59,413 nucleotides of DNA from Guillardia theta CCMP2712 (lineage: Eukaryota > Protista > Cryptophyta): contig NW_005434526.1 in NCBI RefSeq assembly GCF_000315625.1, positions 1 through 59,413 on the forward strand, read 5' to 3'. Below are positions 1 to 12,679 of this stretch, piece by piece; position 1 is the first letter of the stretch; every line of letters starts with the position of its first letter. The translations under genes and the position numbers were made by a program. The notes beneath the pieces were generated by a model. That model saw only the letters and a program-made list of their open reading frames with translations. It had not been told where the DNA came from and made no database searches.

Positions 1-138
1 CAGCAGGAGCAGAAATTGAGATATGAGCAGGGGCAGGGGCAGGGGCAGGGGTAGGAAAATAGAAGAAAGAGACTTCAAAAGGAGGGCAGATCAAAGGAGA
101 GCAGATCAAATGAATTGAAGAGAATCGCAAGCGGATAC

Positions 139-573
139 CTGCCACGTTCCTAGCATCATTCTGCCAATTCCTTGTCAGAATGAAGCACACGAAGACAAAA
201 AATTCGGCAACACCTCTCGCCCCTCGCTGACTACTTCGAACATGGAGCTCTTGACTAGAGATACAACCCGTCGTTCGTGATTGGTCAAGAAAGCATGCAG
301 GACGTACGTCCCGCTCGGCAGTTCAGGCAGGATCAGCACACACGCCGGGTTGGAGGAGATCTCATGGCGGTCTATTTCAACAGAGAAGTTGTACACGTAG
401 AAGTTCAAAGACACGTCGACCCGATGAATGTCGGGCTGCCGCTGAAACGCGTCGAGTGCGAACAAGAGCACCAGCACGACTCTCTGACCAGGTAAGAACT
501 GATGCCCGGAGGCAGGGACAGCGACGATGAGGTGTTCGAGCGAGACCATGATAACTCGTCCTCTCCTCCTCAC
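139..573 (-). CDS. 5' part of a hypothetical multi-exon protein continuing off the left edge
   Basis: ORF 175..573 has protein-like sequence (VSLEHLIVAVPASGHQFLPG...ELPSGTYVLHAFL). On the minus strand a plausible ~45-nt intron ends in ctgacaag, and a further donor (gcag|gtatcc) lies near 139. Start uncertain (ATG at 549). Confidence 0.4.
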
Positions 574-1120
574 TCTTACATCCCCGTCGCTTCCCGCCCT
601 CCCTGCTCGAAATGCATCGCTGCTGCCATAGGTGGTAGCAGTTGAGTCGCATCCGAGAACAGTGAAAATGTTAGATCGATTTTTACCTTCAAATTTTGCT
701 GTCCTCTGCTACTGCACAGAGGCTGGCTCGTAAAACTTTGTATGAGAAAATCCTGCGAAAGTAAGTTATTGGGAAATTGTCAATGGGTACCGGAACAAAG
801 ATATGAAAGCTTTGCTGACTATCGCGAACGTGACTGGATACAAACGAAGAGGTTGCTTGGTGGGGTACTTTATGGGGTATTTCAGGGGTAGGGTGTTTCA
901 AGCGCCCGCTGGTGATCGAAATCGAGGCTTTCCCGTTGACCTGCACCAACGATGATTTTTGAAAAGAGATATTTTCGAATTATTTTTTCTTTAGATAAAA
1001 ATTACATCCCCCCAAAACTTGCATCATCAAGCCGCTTTGCGCTGACATCAGCTAGCAACGCCTTCATTGTGCTTGCGCCCTGTTTCACTGACATCTCATC
1101 ATCATAACAGCAGTCTCCTC

Positions 1121-1540
1121 ATGAACGTGCAAAGTGCCTTCAACCGTCAAGATCGACTCGTCAAAGTCGTTCCAAGACCACGGTATGGTCCAAGCACGGA
1201 AAACTCCAGCGCGCCCGTCACCCTGGACCTCGCCTTGATCCAGAGCCTCTTCCACATGCGCCAGAGCAACGCTGCTCACTGCCTCGGGATCTCCGTCACC
1301 TCCCTCAAAACCGCGTGCAGGCGCATGGGGATACACAAGTGGCCCTACAGCAGGTGGCCGATGCCCGAGGACACAGGGGAGCAACATGGCGAGGGCAACG
1401 AGGGCGACAGGAGAGGAAGGGAGGGAGACGAGGGGGGCCAGGAGATGTGGGAGCTTGAGAGAGGGAGGGGGGGAGATCAGGAGCTGATGGAGGAGGGGCT
1501 GGATCACGTGTCGGGGACGAGGTATGCGGACTTCCGTTGA
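1121..1540 (+). CDS. RWP-RK domain transcription factor (type A)
   Basis: LFHMRQSNAAHCLGISVTSLKTACRRMGIHKWPYSR fits the RWP-RK consensus (F..P..EAA..LGV..T.LK..CR..GI.RWP.R). ATG at 1121; intronless. Confidence 0.88.
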   Translation: MNVQSAFNRQDRLVKVVPRPRYGPSTENSSAPVTLDLALIQSLFHMRQSNAAHCLGISVTSLKTACRRMGIHKWPYSRWPMPEDTGEQHGEGNEGDRRGREGDEGGQEMWELERGRGGDQELMEEGLDHVSGTRYADFR

Positions 1541-3738
1541 GAGGATCAGAACGGAAAGAGGAGGCGGACGAGGAGGGGGGCGGCGTATGGGCTGAGGGGA
1601 AGGAGAGATAGGGAGGGTAGGGGGGAGAGAGAGGGCAATGGAAATTGAATAGTAGGAGCAGGGAAATGATTTATCTAGTAGAGATCAGATTGAAGATCGC
1701 AGTTGGCTATGTCACGGCAGAAGGAAATGTTGGAGTTTGTCACGGAATCAGAATCCAGAAAAAATTGGTGGCCGCGGAAAATCAAAAAGGTAGTGGAAGG
1801 AAGTGTTTGGAGAAGTGTTTGAATTGAGGTTTGATCAGCAATTCACACTTACCCATCGATGGCTGAGCACTTGTACAGTTGTTCGCGGAAAAAGTACGGA
1901 AAGCACTTGAATATTGCAGGAAAGACAGATCCGTTTCTCCAGCCTGATTTGAATAAGCCGAATTCTTGATAATCCCGTGAGTGTTAGATTTAAAGTTTAC
2001 GATAATACAAACATGTTGAAGCAAGGTCAAACACTGACGAGAAATCGAAAACGGGCCTTAAATACTTTGAGTTTTTATGTCTTTACGGCCTTTTCTGCAT
2101 ATGCATTCTTGAATGCCAGCAATCATGAATCCAAATCATGAAAAGCAAATTCCATCCCCAGATTCTGACGCAGCTCATGTTCTTTTTTGACGAAATCTAA
2201 AGTTGTCTTGATATTATCTCATCACCCTGGTAGGCAGTGTGTCGATTGAGATGGTTTGATGGACTAACTCGCGACATTTGAAAGCGACTTCATCCTGCTG
2301 CTTCTTCTTCCTTGGCTGCTGCTGCAGGGTTGCATGAAGCAGGATGTTGGCTCCGCGTTGGCGAGCTGAGCAATGCTTTTTTATTTGTTCGAGAGAATTG
2401 TTCGGCTCACGTGATAGTTCTACAGTTCGTTGAAAACGTTCCCTGCCTACCGAGAGCTATTGCATTGACACAATCTGTGGTACACCAGACCATGCCTCAT
2501 ACCGAGCATGCCTCGTGCGCATGCTGGGAAAGGAGCTTCATCTCCCAGAGAGCAGTAGTCATCTGTCTTTATTCTTGTGCTGCAACAATTTTGAGCGCAG
2601 TTCGTTCATCTCACTCTCGCAGAACCTCTGGCTGCAAATCTGATAGATTTTCATCCTCGAGCGACATCTATTGAGAAAACCTCCATGTTTCAGAGAGAGC
2701 TCAATTCAGCATATCGCAGCTCAAACTCTGTCGTCTAGATACTAAATTTCAAGCATGATGCAGGAAGATTTGCATGCATAAGAACAAAGTTTCCCATGAC
2801 CAAACAGAGAGACAGAAAGCTACAATAAGTCTCAAACAAAATCGTGCTTTTCATCCAGTTGAGAGAGGCGACTCGTCGTCCTAAAACGGCAAGACACCTT
2901 CATCCCCTCCTCCTTCCCCGCAGTCAGGTTGCACACCTACTATCCATGAGAGCTAGCGCCTCCTCTGTTTCATGTCTTGCTCCATTCCTGGTCATGCTCC
3001 TTGTCCATCAGCTCAAGACTTCTTGGATACCTCGACCCCGCAATGCGCGACTGTCATGTCGTCAGGTCATAAAACATATGATATTTACGAGAATTATATA
3101 TAACCAACCATCTGATTTCACGATGTTATGTATAAACCCATAAAACCCTTAGCGCACCCCACCCCTACCATTTCTTTTAAGACCATAAAAAAGAACACCA
3201 CCCACCCTTACTGCCCTCAAAGGACCCATGAACAACCCCCTGATAAAAAGAGGCCAATGAAAAAGCGTCAAGCCTCCGCCTTCCGCCCTACTCGTTCCGT
3301 CCTCCGCCTCCTGCCTCCTGCCTCCCGCCTCCCGCCTCCTGCCTTCCACCCCTCCTCTACCGCCCCCGCCCCGACCATGGCTTCATTGATTTGCGCTCAA
3401 GAATCTTCCCTTTGCTAGTTTTCGTCATCGATCGCCTGTCTCCTTTCCTCCTGGCATGCACTCCTTCATCCTTGAATTGTTCCCTGGCTCCTGACTAGGA
3501 ACTACACCGTCGCTTTCGATTCCGTTAGCTCTATCTGTCAACTTCGATTGTTTTCAGAATTCATTTCTCACATCTTCCTCCGAGCTAAACACTCCATTCC
3601 CTTTCTTGTTGACAAATTATTTCTGCCTTTCCAGGCAGACGCTGTCTATTTTGGTCAGCAAAAATCAAGTTCGCTTGAGTTCAGAAACTCCTACACACAT
3701 CAAAATCTTGTTGCTGTCGCAAAATATAGGATTTCCTC

Positions 3739-4269
3739 ATGGAGCAGCAGTCAAGGCCTTCTCCCAGCACAGTCCTGATTCATCCACGCAGACGGCGGGG
3801 AGTTAATCCTACCGCCACCCTCCCTCAGCCAATCCGTCTCCGCAGAGAGCAGGTAGAAGACTTGCAGAAGCGATACCGACAGTCAGATGCTGCATTATAC
3901 CTTGGGATCTCTCTGACAGCGATGAAGAATGCGTGCAGGAAGCTTCGACTGGGCCCTTGGCCAAGTTTGCAACGCACCGGTGATAAAGAGGAGAAAGAAA
4001 CTACAGCGGCAGGCGACGAGGAAAGAGAAGGAGGGGCTTCAACGGAGTATATAGAAGAGATTGTGGTCGAGGAGGAGCTGGAGCAGGGAAGCTTCGTGAA
4101 GCAGGAAGGCGGGGAAGGGGAGAGTGGAGCAAGCCAGGAAAGTCTCAATCTCTCGCATTCGAGAGGAGGATATCAGAGTAAGTGGAAGTCGGAGCTCTTT
4201 GATGAAGCTCTCAGGCATGTGTGTGGCTGTTGTCTGATGCGAAACGTCAGAGAGACGCTTTCCGAATGA
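3739..4269 (+). CDS. RWP-RK-like transcription factor (type B, divergent)
   Basis: RYRQSDAALYLGISLTAMKNACRKLRLGPWP core and acidic C-terminus; paralog of 14843..15337. Confidence 0.85.
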   Translation: MEQQSRPSPSTVLIHPRRRRGVNPTATLPQPIRLRREQVEDLQKRYRQSDAALYLGISLTAMKNACRKLRLGPWPSLQRTGDKEEKETTAAGDEEREGGASTEYIEEIVVEEELEQGSFVKQEGGEGESGASQESLNLSHSRGGYQSKWKSELFDEALRHVCGCCLMRNVRETLSE

Positions 4270-5324
4270 GGTGTGAATCCGAACAGTTTGTCAGAACAGA
4301 TATCATTAGCATTGCGCGCGCAGTTACTTGAATACATTACAGCTTTGAAAGATTTTCGTTTTCTCGCAACAGAAGCTCTATAAGCCATGCACAGAGGCTC
4401 CTGAGGGGTTATGCTCCATGGCACAGGCACCTGAGTGGAATGTGTCGGTTCAGCCTTTCAAACCCCTCCATGTTACTTACTGTAGCGACATCAGACTCGT
4501 GCACCTTGGGAGAAATTTATGAGCCATCATCATTAACAGCCTTGGTAGTCACTCCTGGATGGCTCAAGCTCAGAATTTGCTACACCCCAGGTCTGTATAT
4601 GTTATTGTCGATGCCTGGAAGCAACAGGAAGTAGAGCACACACATGAACGTGGAGGAGAGGAGAGGGGAAACACGTGCCAAGGTTCTCACGAGTTGTAGC
4701 TCCTTTTACAGCCCAGCTCCCCATGAGGGAGACAGACCTGTAGCTTCCAGTGTGCATGACCTAGTAAGGTCCATACGTCTTTGGGACTGTAAGGTGGTGT
4801 TGTTGCAATCCTTGGAGGTCCTGAGAGGTTTGAGACCCGGTTGTTCTTCTGCTTGCTGGCACCAGCCCTCACAACCACATGTTCCATGAGACCCCTACTT
4901 TCGACTCGATAGCATTCGCAGGGTCCTCGGCAATAAGGTGAGCTCCGTGTAAGGAACACGGGTCGGTTGCGTATCAGGGCCAGACAGGGTTAAGCATAGC
5001 ATATCTCATTGAGATTCCTACCGTTGTGTTACAAGAACTCAGAAGCAGCATCTGACTTTATCTTTATTACTTGTATGATTGTTCTTTGATTGCCCCCCTC
5101 GTTCCAAATCAGCAGCATTCCCTCCTTTGTGCCGCGCAGCACCCGTCAGACACAAGCGTGTTACTGGTATCTGGTCACGCGACTGCTTTTCATATCCGGA
5201 AACCAATCTTTTCGAAGATACGCGGCTGATGGAAGGCTCTAGATTTTCTTTACATGTTTTTATTGGCCTCCTCTTTATGAAAGGCTGCGTTGTTCTGCTC
5301 ACGGATGCCACCAACTTCTAAGCG

Positions 5325-5837
5325 ATGCGATCCTCCCTCCTTCTGCCCCATTGCGGGCCCCTGCTTTACTCAGTCAGTTTGCTACTGCATGAGAGCATGC
5401 CACTCCCCTCCAACCTTCACGGAATCGCTCCCGAGCCAGACCCCGAGCAAGACCTCTCCGACGCCCTCTCCTGGCAGCAAGTTCTCTTCCCAGCCGGAAG
5501 GCCCATGACTTCTTCTTCAAGCTACAGTACAGCCACCCTCTCCGATGCTGACGAGAGTGAGATCAAAGCCAGCGCAGCAGCTCAGCGCAGTCTAGACGAA
5601 ACAATGCACATCAGAACAGCAGGAGAAGGAAGCGTTTCCTGCGTGTGCTTCGGCGATGAGAGGAGGTACGAGGGAGGGGAAGAGATAGCGATTGGGACAT
5701 TCAAGAAGTGGATCTCGCTTCCGAGGCAGGTGGTGCTGGAGGCCAGACGACTGAGCCTTGCAATCAGAGACAAGGGAAAAGCAGGGATGCTTCTTAGATC
5801 GCTGGAAGACGCAGTTCGAAAACGAATGCAGAAATAA
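5325..5837 (+). CDS. hypothetical protein
   Basis: 170-aa intronless ORF, probable start at ATG 5397, followed by aataaa. No recognisable domain. Confidence 0.45.
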   Translation: MRSSLLLPHCGPLLYSVSLLLHESMPLPSNLHGIAPEPDPEQDLSDALSWQQVLFPAGRPMTSSSSYSTATLSDADESEIKASAAAQRSLDETMHIRTAGEGSVSCVCFGDERRYEGGEEIAIGTFKKWISLPRQVVLEARRLSLAIRDKGKAGMLLRSLEDAVRKRMQK

Positions 5838-6569
5838 TCAATAAATACACCTCACCAACGTAAATATGAGAATCAAGAGGTATGATTATGGTGAAGGTCC
5901 CCTGTTGGCAACCATCAAACAACATTCTAAACGTTTAATTCAATTTCAAGGAAGAGGATTCTGAAATGCGAGAGGAACAGGAGGGAATTCGGGGTTACAG
6001 GAAGGGACGGCAGGTCACAATTGTAAACAAATGCGACAAGACTTTGTAAGAAACGGATAAGAACTGCGACAGTTTTCAAAGATTATGTGATTGTTAGTGG
6101 CAAAGACTGGAACAAATCAAGGAGATACAAGATTGATTTTAATTGAATATCATCAACTTCTCGACTATCTCCGCTCCCTCCACTCCATGATTTGTTTCCT
6201 CTCAGGAAACAAACAAAGCACAAGCACATATGCGAGCCATCCCGCATGTCCCTGCAAGCAAGGTATCTCGGCAATCCAGAAATCAACAATACTTTTAAGA
6301 GGAACCCGCTCCAAAATTGTAAGCACAATCTTCTATAACTTTTTTAAAAGCTTCGACTGTACGACGGTCAGGTCCTGAAAAGTAGTATGTTCGATCTGTG
6401 ACCTGAATACCTCTCCTCCTCCCTACCCCCTCCTCCTCACCCCATCTCGCAGGGCTGGTGTCATACGTTTCATCATCAGCGTTAGGTCAACCCGACAGCA
6501 GCACAGCAGACAACAACATCATCTCTCTACATCTAGATCAAGATAATCTCCGCGCGTCTTGTATCCATC

Positions 6570-6989
6570 ATGCAGAACGATCTCCCCCACCCGGCCAACA
6601 ATCGAGTAGAAGTAATCCCTAGGCCAAGATGCAAAATCTTGGGCGTCGAAAACTCCAGCGCGCCCGTCACCCTGGACCTCGCCTTGATCCAGAGCCTCTT
6701 CCACATGCGCCAGAGCAATGCTGCTCACTGCCTCGGGATCTCCGTCACCTCCCTCAAAACCGCGTGCAGGCGCATGGGGATACACAAGTGGCCCTACAGC
6801 AGGTGGCCGATGCCCGAGGACACAGGGGAGCAACATGGCGAGGGCAACGAGGGCGACAGGAGAGGAAGGGAGGGAGACGAGGGGGGCCAGGAGATGTGGG
6901 GGCTTGAGAGAGGGAGGGGGGGGGATCAGGAGCTGATGGAGGAGGGGCTGGATCACGTGTCGGGGACGAGGTATGCGGACTTCCGTTGA
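6570..6989 (+). CDS. RWP-RK domain transcription factor (type A')
   Basis: Same RWP-RK core as 1121..1540; nearly identical from ENSSAPV onward, with a different N-terminus. Confidence 0.88.
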   Translation: MQNDLPHPANNRVEVIPRPRCKILGVENSSAPVTLDLALIQSLFHMRQSNAAHCLGISVTSLKTACRRMGIHKWPYSRWPMPEDTGEQHGEGNEGDRRGREGDEGGQEMWGLERGRGGDQELMEEGLDHVSGTRYADFR

Positions 6990-7069
6990 GAGGATCAGAA
7001 CGGAAAGAGGAGGCGGACGAGGAGGGGGGCGGCGTATGGGCTGAGGAGAAGGAGAGATAGGGAAGGTAG

Positions 7070-7116
7070 GAGAGAGAGAGAGAGAGAGCGAGAGAGGAGA
7101 GAGAGAGAGAGAGAGG
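7070..7116. repeat. (AG)n microsatellite
   Basis: Imperfect agagag run read directly. Confidence 0.85.
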
Positions 7117-8447
7117 GCTATGGGGATGGAATAGCAAGTGTGTCAGTAAGATGCTTATGTTTACATGCTTATTGTGACGGTATTGCGAGAGCTTTTGCAT
7201 AATCGTATGTTTGAGAACTTTGACGAATGAATAAAAATTTCATCAATTTCATCCGAACGGTCAGTTGGACGTTCATGCTTGAGGTCGAATCAGGGCACAA
7301 AAATGGATCAAGCAATTGATGTTGACTCTAACATCTTTCGCTGCTACTTTGAGGCACGACGCTCAAACGTTCACATTCAGACAAGAGGACGTGACAGCTT
7401 GAGAGTTTATGCTTATAGCAACGGCAGGTAAGATTCAAGAATCAATCACAATGGTTGGACCGCAACTCCTCCCAAAGATTACAAAATGCTGGCAGAAAAA
7501 GTTTTTCCTGGAGCAGTTCGAACAACAAAAGGAGAGATAAATAGATTTAGGAATCTGAGGGTAGAATTGAGACAAGCAAGCAAGAGAAGTTTCAGTCGCC
7601 AACAAGATCACAAGTGAGAGAATGTAAAATTTCAAGAATGAACAGTGAGGAAACGAGGAGGAATCACGTCAAAAGGGTTACATTGAGAATTGAACAAGGA
7701 GCCAGTCAAAAACAAGGAGCCAGTCAAAGGAAGACAGCGGCAGCTGAGGGGAGCAAGAGGCAGAAGGATCAAGGCTTCATGGAGCAGGGGACAAGAGATT
7801 CAGATGGGAAAGGATGGGTGAACAGAGAGGATGATGGAGGTTGGAGGAATGCAGGAGGGAGAGAGAGAGGATCTGGGGAGGAGTGATCAGCAGACGAGGG
7901 CAGGATAGACTAGAATGATCCGGAGATGGACGATGCTTGAGGGAAGGAATTCAGAGCATGGGGAGGGGAAACGGAGAGATGGGGGACGCAAGAGCGAGGA
8001 GGGGAGTGGGAGGATGAAACGATGAGGTCGGAAGAGATCTAAGAAGATGGGAGGGATCTCAGAGCATGGCAGCCGGGGGCGGGGAGGATGGGCGGGGAGG
8101 ATGGGCGAGGAGGAGGAGCGGGCCGAAAGCCGCATATTCGCTGCCCTTGCAAAAAATCTACCCCTTTCCCCTTGTCCATTTTCACCCACCCCCTGCGCCG
8201 AGAATGTGAGGAGCAAAGGGAGGGCGGTTGGGCGAGGGCAGCAGGTGCAACGGAAAGCAGGGAGAGGAGAGGGAGAGGAGGGAGAGGAAGGAGAGGAAGG
8301 AGACGAGGAGACGAGATAGAGGAAGACGAGGGGGTCCTCCAGAGCTCCTAGAGGGGGTACGGCAGCAGTCATGCTCTCTTTCCCTTGTCTGCCGGCGTCC
8401 TCGTAGGACTCGCTTCCTAGATCTCAAGCTCTGCCTTCGAAGCGACG

Positions 8448-11400
8448 ATGGTCGGTCATGCGCAGGAGGGGGTCGGCTGCTTTAGCTTCTTCTCGAGCAA
8501 GAGGGTATCCCCGGAGCAGGACGGAGCTCAGGCGACGCACTCTTCAACCAACTTTGAGGAGGCGCAAGCAAGGATCGCCGAGCTGGAGGCGGAGCTCAGG
8601 ACCCTGTCGGGGAGGGGCGCAGAGATGGAGATGATGAAGAGCAGGAGCGTGGAGCTTGAGGAGGAGAACAGAGCCTTAGTCGCGAAGAACCGTGAGCTCG
8701 GCGACAAGATCCGCTCCCTGTCTGAAACAGTCAAAGACCCTCTCAGTCCGGCAGCTCCTCAGCAGTCTCCCCAACTACCTTCCCAGCAGCATCCCCAGCC
8801 TCCGCCTCAACAGAATGCAGAGGACATCTTGAAAGTCTGGAAGCTGCCGGCAGAAGACACGAGGAAGCTCGATGACCTGCTGAGGGCCGTCGGCGAGCCT
8901 GACAAGCAGCAGTTGCTTGCGAGCGAGCTCCAGATCTCTCTGGGAGTGGGAAGGGTGCTGGACCTTTTGTCTCCAGGAGCCGGGGACTCGCTCGAGAGCG
9001 TGGAGAGGAAGGTTGCTCGAGAGTGGGAGCTTGTACACAAGTCCAACGTCCTCTCGGAGATGAGAATCGAGCGGGTCGTGGCTGAGTGCATCCCCGGAGG
9101 GAGTGTAGAGGCACCTCTTGCCGCCCTCCGTGCCATGTCGTCGGACTCCCTCGCCGAACTGTGCAGAACGAAGATAGCTGGAAGGCTGCTGGAGGCGTTC
9201 TCTACGGTCCCAGAGTCTCATGGAGGTCGGATAGCGCACAGCCCGAGCGCGAACAACAGCAAGTTCTCGCTGAACGAGACGAGGCTGGGCAACGAGAGCC
9301 TGCGGGAGGCAGTCTACGGAGGGATCGACGAGTTCTACGGAGGGCTGATCGAGAGGATCGGGTTGCCGCAGCTGAACCTGATGAAGGGGCTGCAGGAGGA
9401 TCACTGCAGAGGGGAGGACGCGGACCAGGAGTTTGCAACCAGCAACTACAGCATCAAGACGACCTCCAGGAAGGAATGGCTGGCAGTGACTGATGCCGAC
9501 GTGCGGCGAGAACTCTCTGTACCCCCGAGGGTCATCAGGGACGTGGACGAGCTCATGCAAGCTCCCCTCGCCATCAAGGCGAAACTCCTGAGAGAGGAGA
9601 TCCTTGCCCTGCAGCTGTACACAGGTGAGACGCCAGTTGTGGGTGGGTGGGTGGGTGGGTGGGTGAGTGAGTGAGTGAGAACAAGGGAGTAAGAGAAGGA
9701 GCGGGGAAGCAGGAGGTAGTGAAAGGGGAGGAGGAGGAGGAGAAAGTTGTGGTGCTGGTGGTGGTTCTGGAAGAGGAGGAAGGAGGACAAGAAGGAGAAC
9801 AAGGAGGAGGAGGAGGAGGAGGATAAGGTCGACCGGGATGCCTGAGGTTTGACTTGGCAGGCCCCATGTACTACAAGTACAACTTCGCTCTGCGAGCCCC
9901 GAGTGCCGCGGTCAACATGTACACGACGACGATCCACTGCATCGTCAGCGGGCTAGTCAAACTGTCTCGCCATACGTCCCTCATCGGTAGCAGGCAGGTT
10001 CTCAGGGGACTGAAGGGGCTCAGGCTGCCCGATAGCTTCTTGCGGGAGGACGAGTATGGAGTGTCGGGAGGAGTAGAGTACGGGCTACTGAGCACAACGA
10101 CAGACATCAGGACAGCCATCCAGTACGCAGGAGATGAAGGGGATCCGATCGTGTTCGAGATCGGCTGCGGAGCGATAGATCGCGGAGCCAGCCTTGAGTT
10201 CCTGTCCCAGTACCCCGAGGAAAAGGAAATCTTGTATCCTCCACTGTCATACTTGGAGGTCATGCGGCAGCCGAGGTATAAGGAAGTAGGAGGGCAGCGA
10301 GTGAGAGTGCTGGAGCTGAAGATCAACGCAAACTTGACGAATCTTACGATCGAGGACTTTGTTGGTAAGCGCAAGCAGCTGCACATTTCGCTCATGGAGA
10401 ACTTGCTGCGAGAGGTTGAGAGGGACGTCAAGGACTGGGAGTCGAGGATCCAGACCCGCCTCAAGACAGCATCGTGGGATGCCTCGCAGAAGTATGACGT
10501 GCAGCTGACCCAGTCGATCATCGACGAGTGTAAGGAGCTGGTGGAGGAGAGCAGGGGGAAGACCGCAGAGTGGTACAACGACGACTGCCGCTACAAGGAT
10601 GCGATCGAGCAGTCAAGCATGACACGGGAGATGGCGATCAACAAGCTCAGGTTCTGGGTGGAAGACACGATAGGTGACGAGCAATGCTCCGACTTGTCTG
10701 AAGAGACAATGAAGACAGTCCACTGGAAGTCCATGTCAAATCTCACCCGAAAGATCAACAGCAGGGCGGCCAAAGACTCAGAACGACGAGATCTGAGCAG
10801 AAAGCTGTGTCAGATGTACGGCATGCGGGTCACCGACGAGGACGCCGACGGCGATCCGCCTGTCGTCATGGCGGTCTTCCGAGGGCAGGGCGAGCTGATT
10901 CCCTTCCTCAAGACAGCAGGGTGCGATGTCAATGCGCTCCTGAGCAACGGCAGGACGGCGTTGCACGTCGCTGCCATGCTGGGGATGAAGGGATGCCTGA
11001 CGGAGCTCATGGTGGCAGGAGCCGACGTGTGGGCGGTGGATGACTATGAGTGGACTTGCGCGCATGTCGCGAGCTCTGAGGGGCACGTGGAGATGGTGAA
11101 GTTCCTCAAGGAGCAGTGTGGGCAGGAGATCTTGGTGCAGAAAGAGCAGAACGGGTTGACATGCGCCCATCTCGCGAGCAAAGGAGGATACTTGGAGGTT
11201 CTCAAGTACATCAAGAAAGTCTGCGGCAAGAACGTCTTCGTGGAGAAGGACGATAATGGTGAGACTTGTGCTCACAAGGCAAGCAAGGAGGGTTTCCTGG
11301 AGTTGGTGAAGTTCTTCAAGGAAGAGTGTGGGATAGAGTCTCTCATGCAGGAAGACAAGGCTGGCTGGACGTGCGCACATGCAGCAAGTCTGAACGGGCA

Positions 11401-12462
11401 CTTGGAGGTTGTCAAGTACCTCAAGAAGATTTGCGGCAAGGAAATTCTCCTCAAGAAGGAAGGGGACGGTAGGAGCTGCGTGCAGATTGCGAGTGGTGAA
11501 GGCTACCTCGACGTCGTCCAGTACGTCGTTGGCATTTGCGGGAAGGACCTGCTGGTGCAACAAGACTCTCTCGGCTGGACGTGTGCGATCGAGGCGAGCA
11601 AGGGGGGATACTTAGACGTCCTTGAGTACATCAGAGATCAGTGTGGCAGTGACGTGCTGAGTGTGCCGGAGAAGGAAGGCTGGACCTGCGCGCATGCTGC
11701 TGCAAGTGAAGGACGTCGGCAGGTGGTCGAGTTCCTCAGGAAAGAGCTCGGGCGCCCTTGCCTGCAGCAGATAGATCAGGAAGGAGAGACGTGCGCGCAT
11801 GCTGCGAGCGCCGGAGGCCACATGGAAGTTCTGGAGTACATCACAGCAGAGCTGGGCAAGGAGGTGCTGCAGGAGAAGAACAACGACGGAGAGACGTGTG
11901 CGCATGTGGCGAGCAAGAAAGGGCGAATTGAGGTTGTCAAGTACATCCAAGGAGAGTGCGGTAAGGATGCGCTGCTGGAAGAGAACAAGTCAGGACATAC
12001 TTGCGTGCTGAGTGCGAGCGAAGGAGGTCAGGTGGAGGTGTTGAAGTACCTGAGAGAGCAGTTCGGAACAGAGACTCTGCTGGCCAAGTGCAAGAATGGG
12101 GGGACATGCGCGCATGCTGCAAGCGCGGGAGGTCGAGTCAAGGTGCTCAAGTACATCACGGCAGAGCTGGGCAACGAGGTGCTGCTGGAGAAGAACAACG
12201 ACGGGGAAACATGCGCACATGTGGCGAGCAGGGAAGGGCGGGTGAGAGTCTTGAAGCTGATACAGAAGGCTTGCGGCAAGGACGTCTTGCTCCTTGTGGA
12301 CAACGACGGCAACAGCTGCGCACATGCTGCGAAGAATGCGAAGCGTCGGAAGATCCTTCAGTATCTTAAAGATCTTGGGGTGTGGATGAATGGCGAGGAA
12401 CAGAGCGAAAAGAGCAAAGCTGGAAGGGAGGACGAAGGAGAGAAGACAGTGGGTGATGACGT

Positions 12463-12552
<90 letters not shown>

Positions 12553-12679
12553 AGAGGAGGAGGAAGAGGAGGAGGAGGAGGAGGAGAGGGAGGAGGAGGA
12601 GAGGGAGGAGCAAGAGGAGGTAGACGGCCAAAACGACGGCAAGGTAGACGAGGAGGTACAAGAACAAGAAGAACAATAA
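8448..12679 (+). CDS. Coiled-coil + R-S-E-clade mono-ADP-ribosyltransferase + ~15 ankyrin repeats + poly-acidic tail; exons 8448..9624 and 9861..12679
   Basis: Intron 9625..9860 (acag|gtgaga...ttggcag|gcc) joins LQLYTG-PMYYKYN. ART motifs VLRG (R), LLSTTTD (STT) and QYPEEKEILYPP (ExE) are followed by repeated GxTCAHxASxxGxLEVxKY ankyrin units. Confidence 0.88.
12464..12550 (+). repeat. (GAC)29 coding microsatellite (poly-Asp), followed by GAG-rich poly-Glu
   Basis: Read directly; in frame within the ART-ankyrin CDS. Confidence 0.9.

Noticed and set aside
1780-2800. Degenerate gene or transposon relic (similar impression at 4300-5000 and 20000-21000)
   Set aside because: Only short coding-like fragments with stops; no motif I can identify.
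8475-8500. GCFSFFSSK as an N-myristoylation site of the ART protein
   Set aside because: The Gly is not at position 2 of any visible ATG; only palmitoylation remains a weak possibility.
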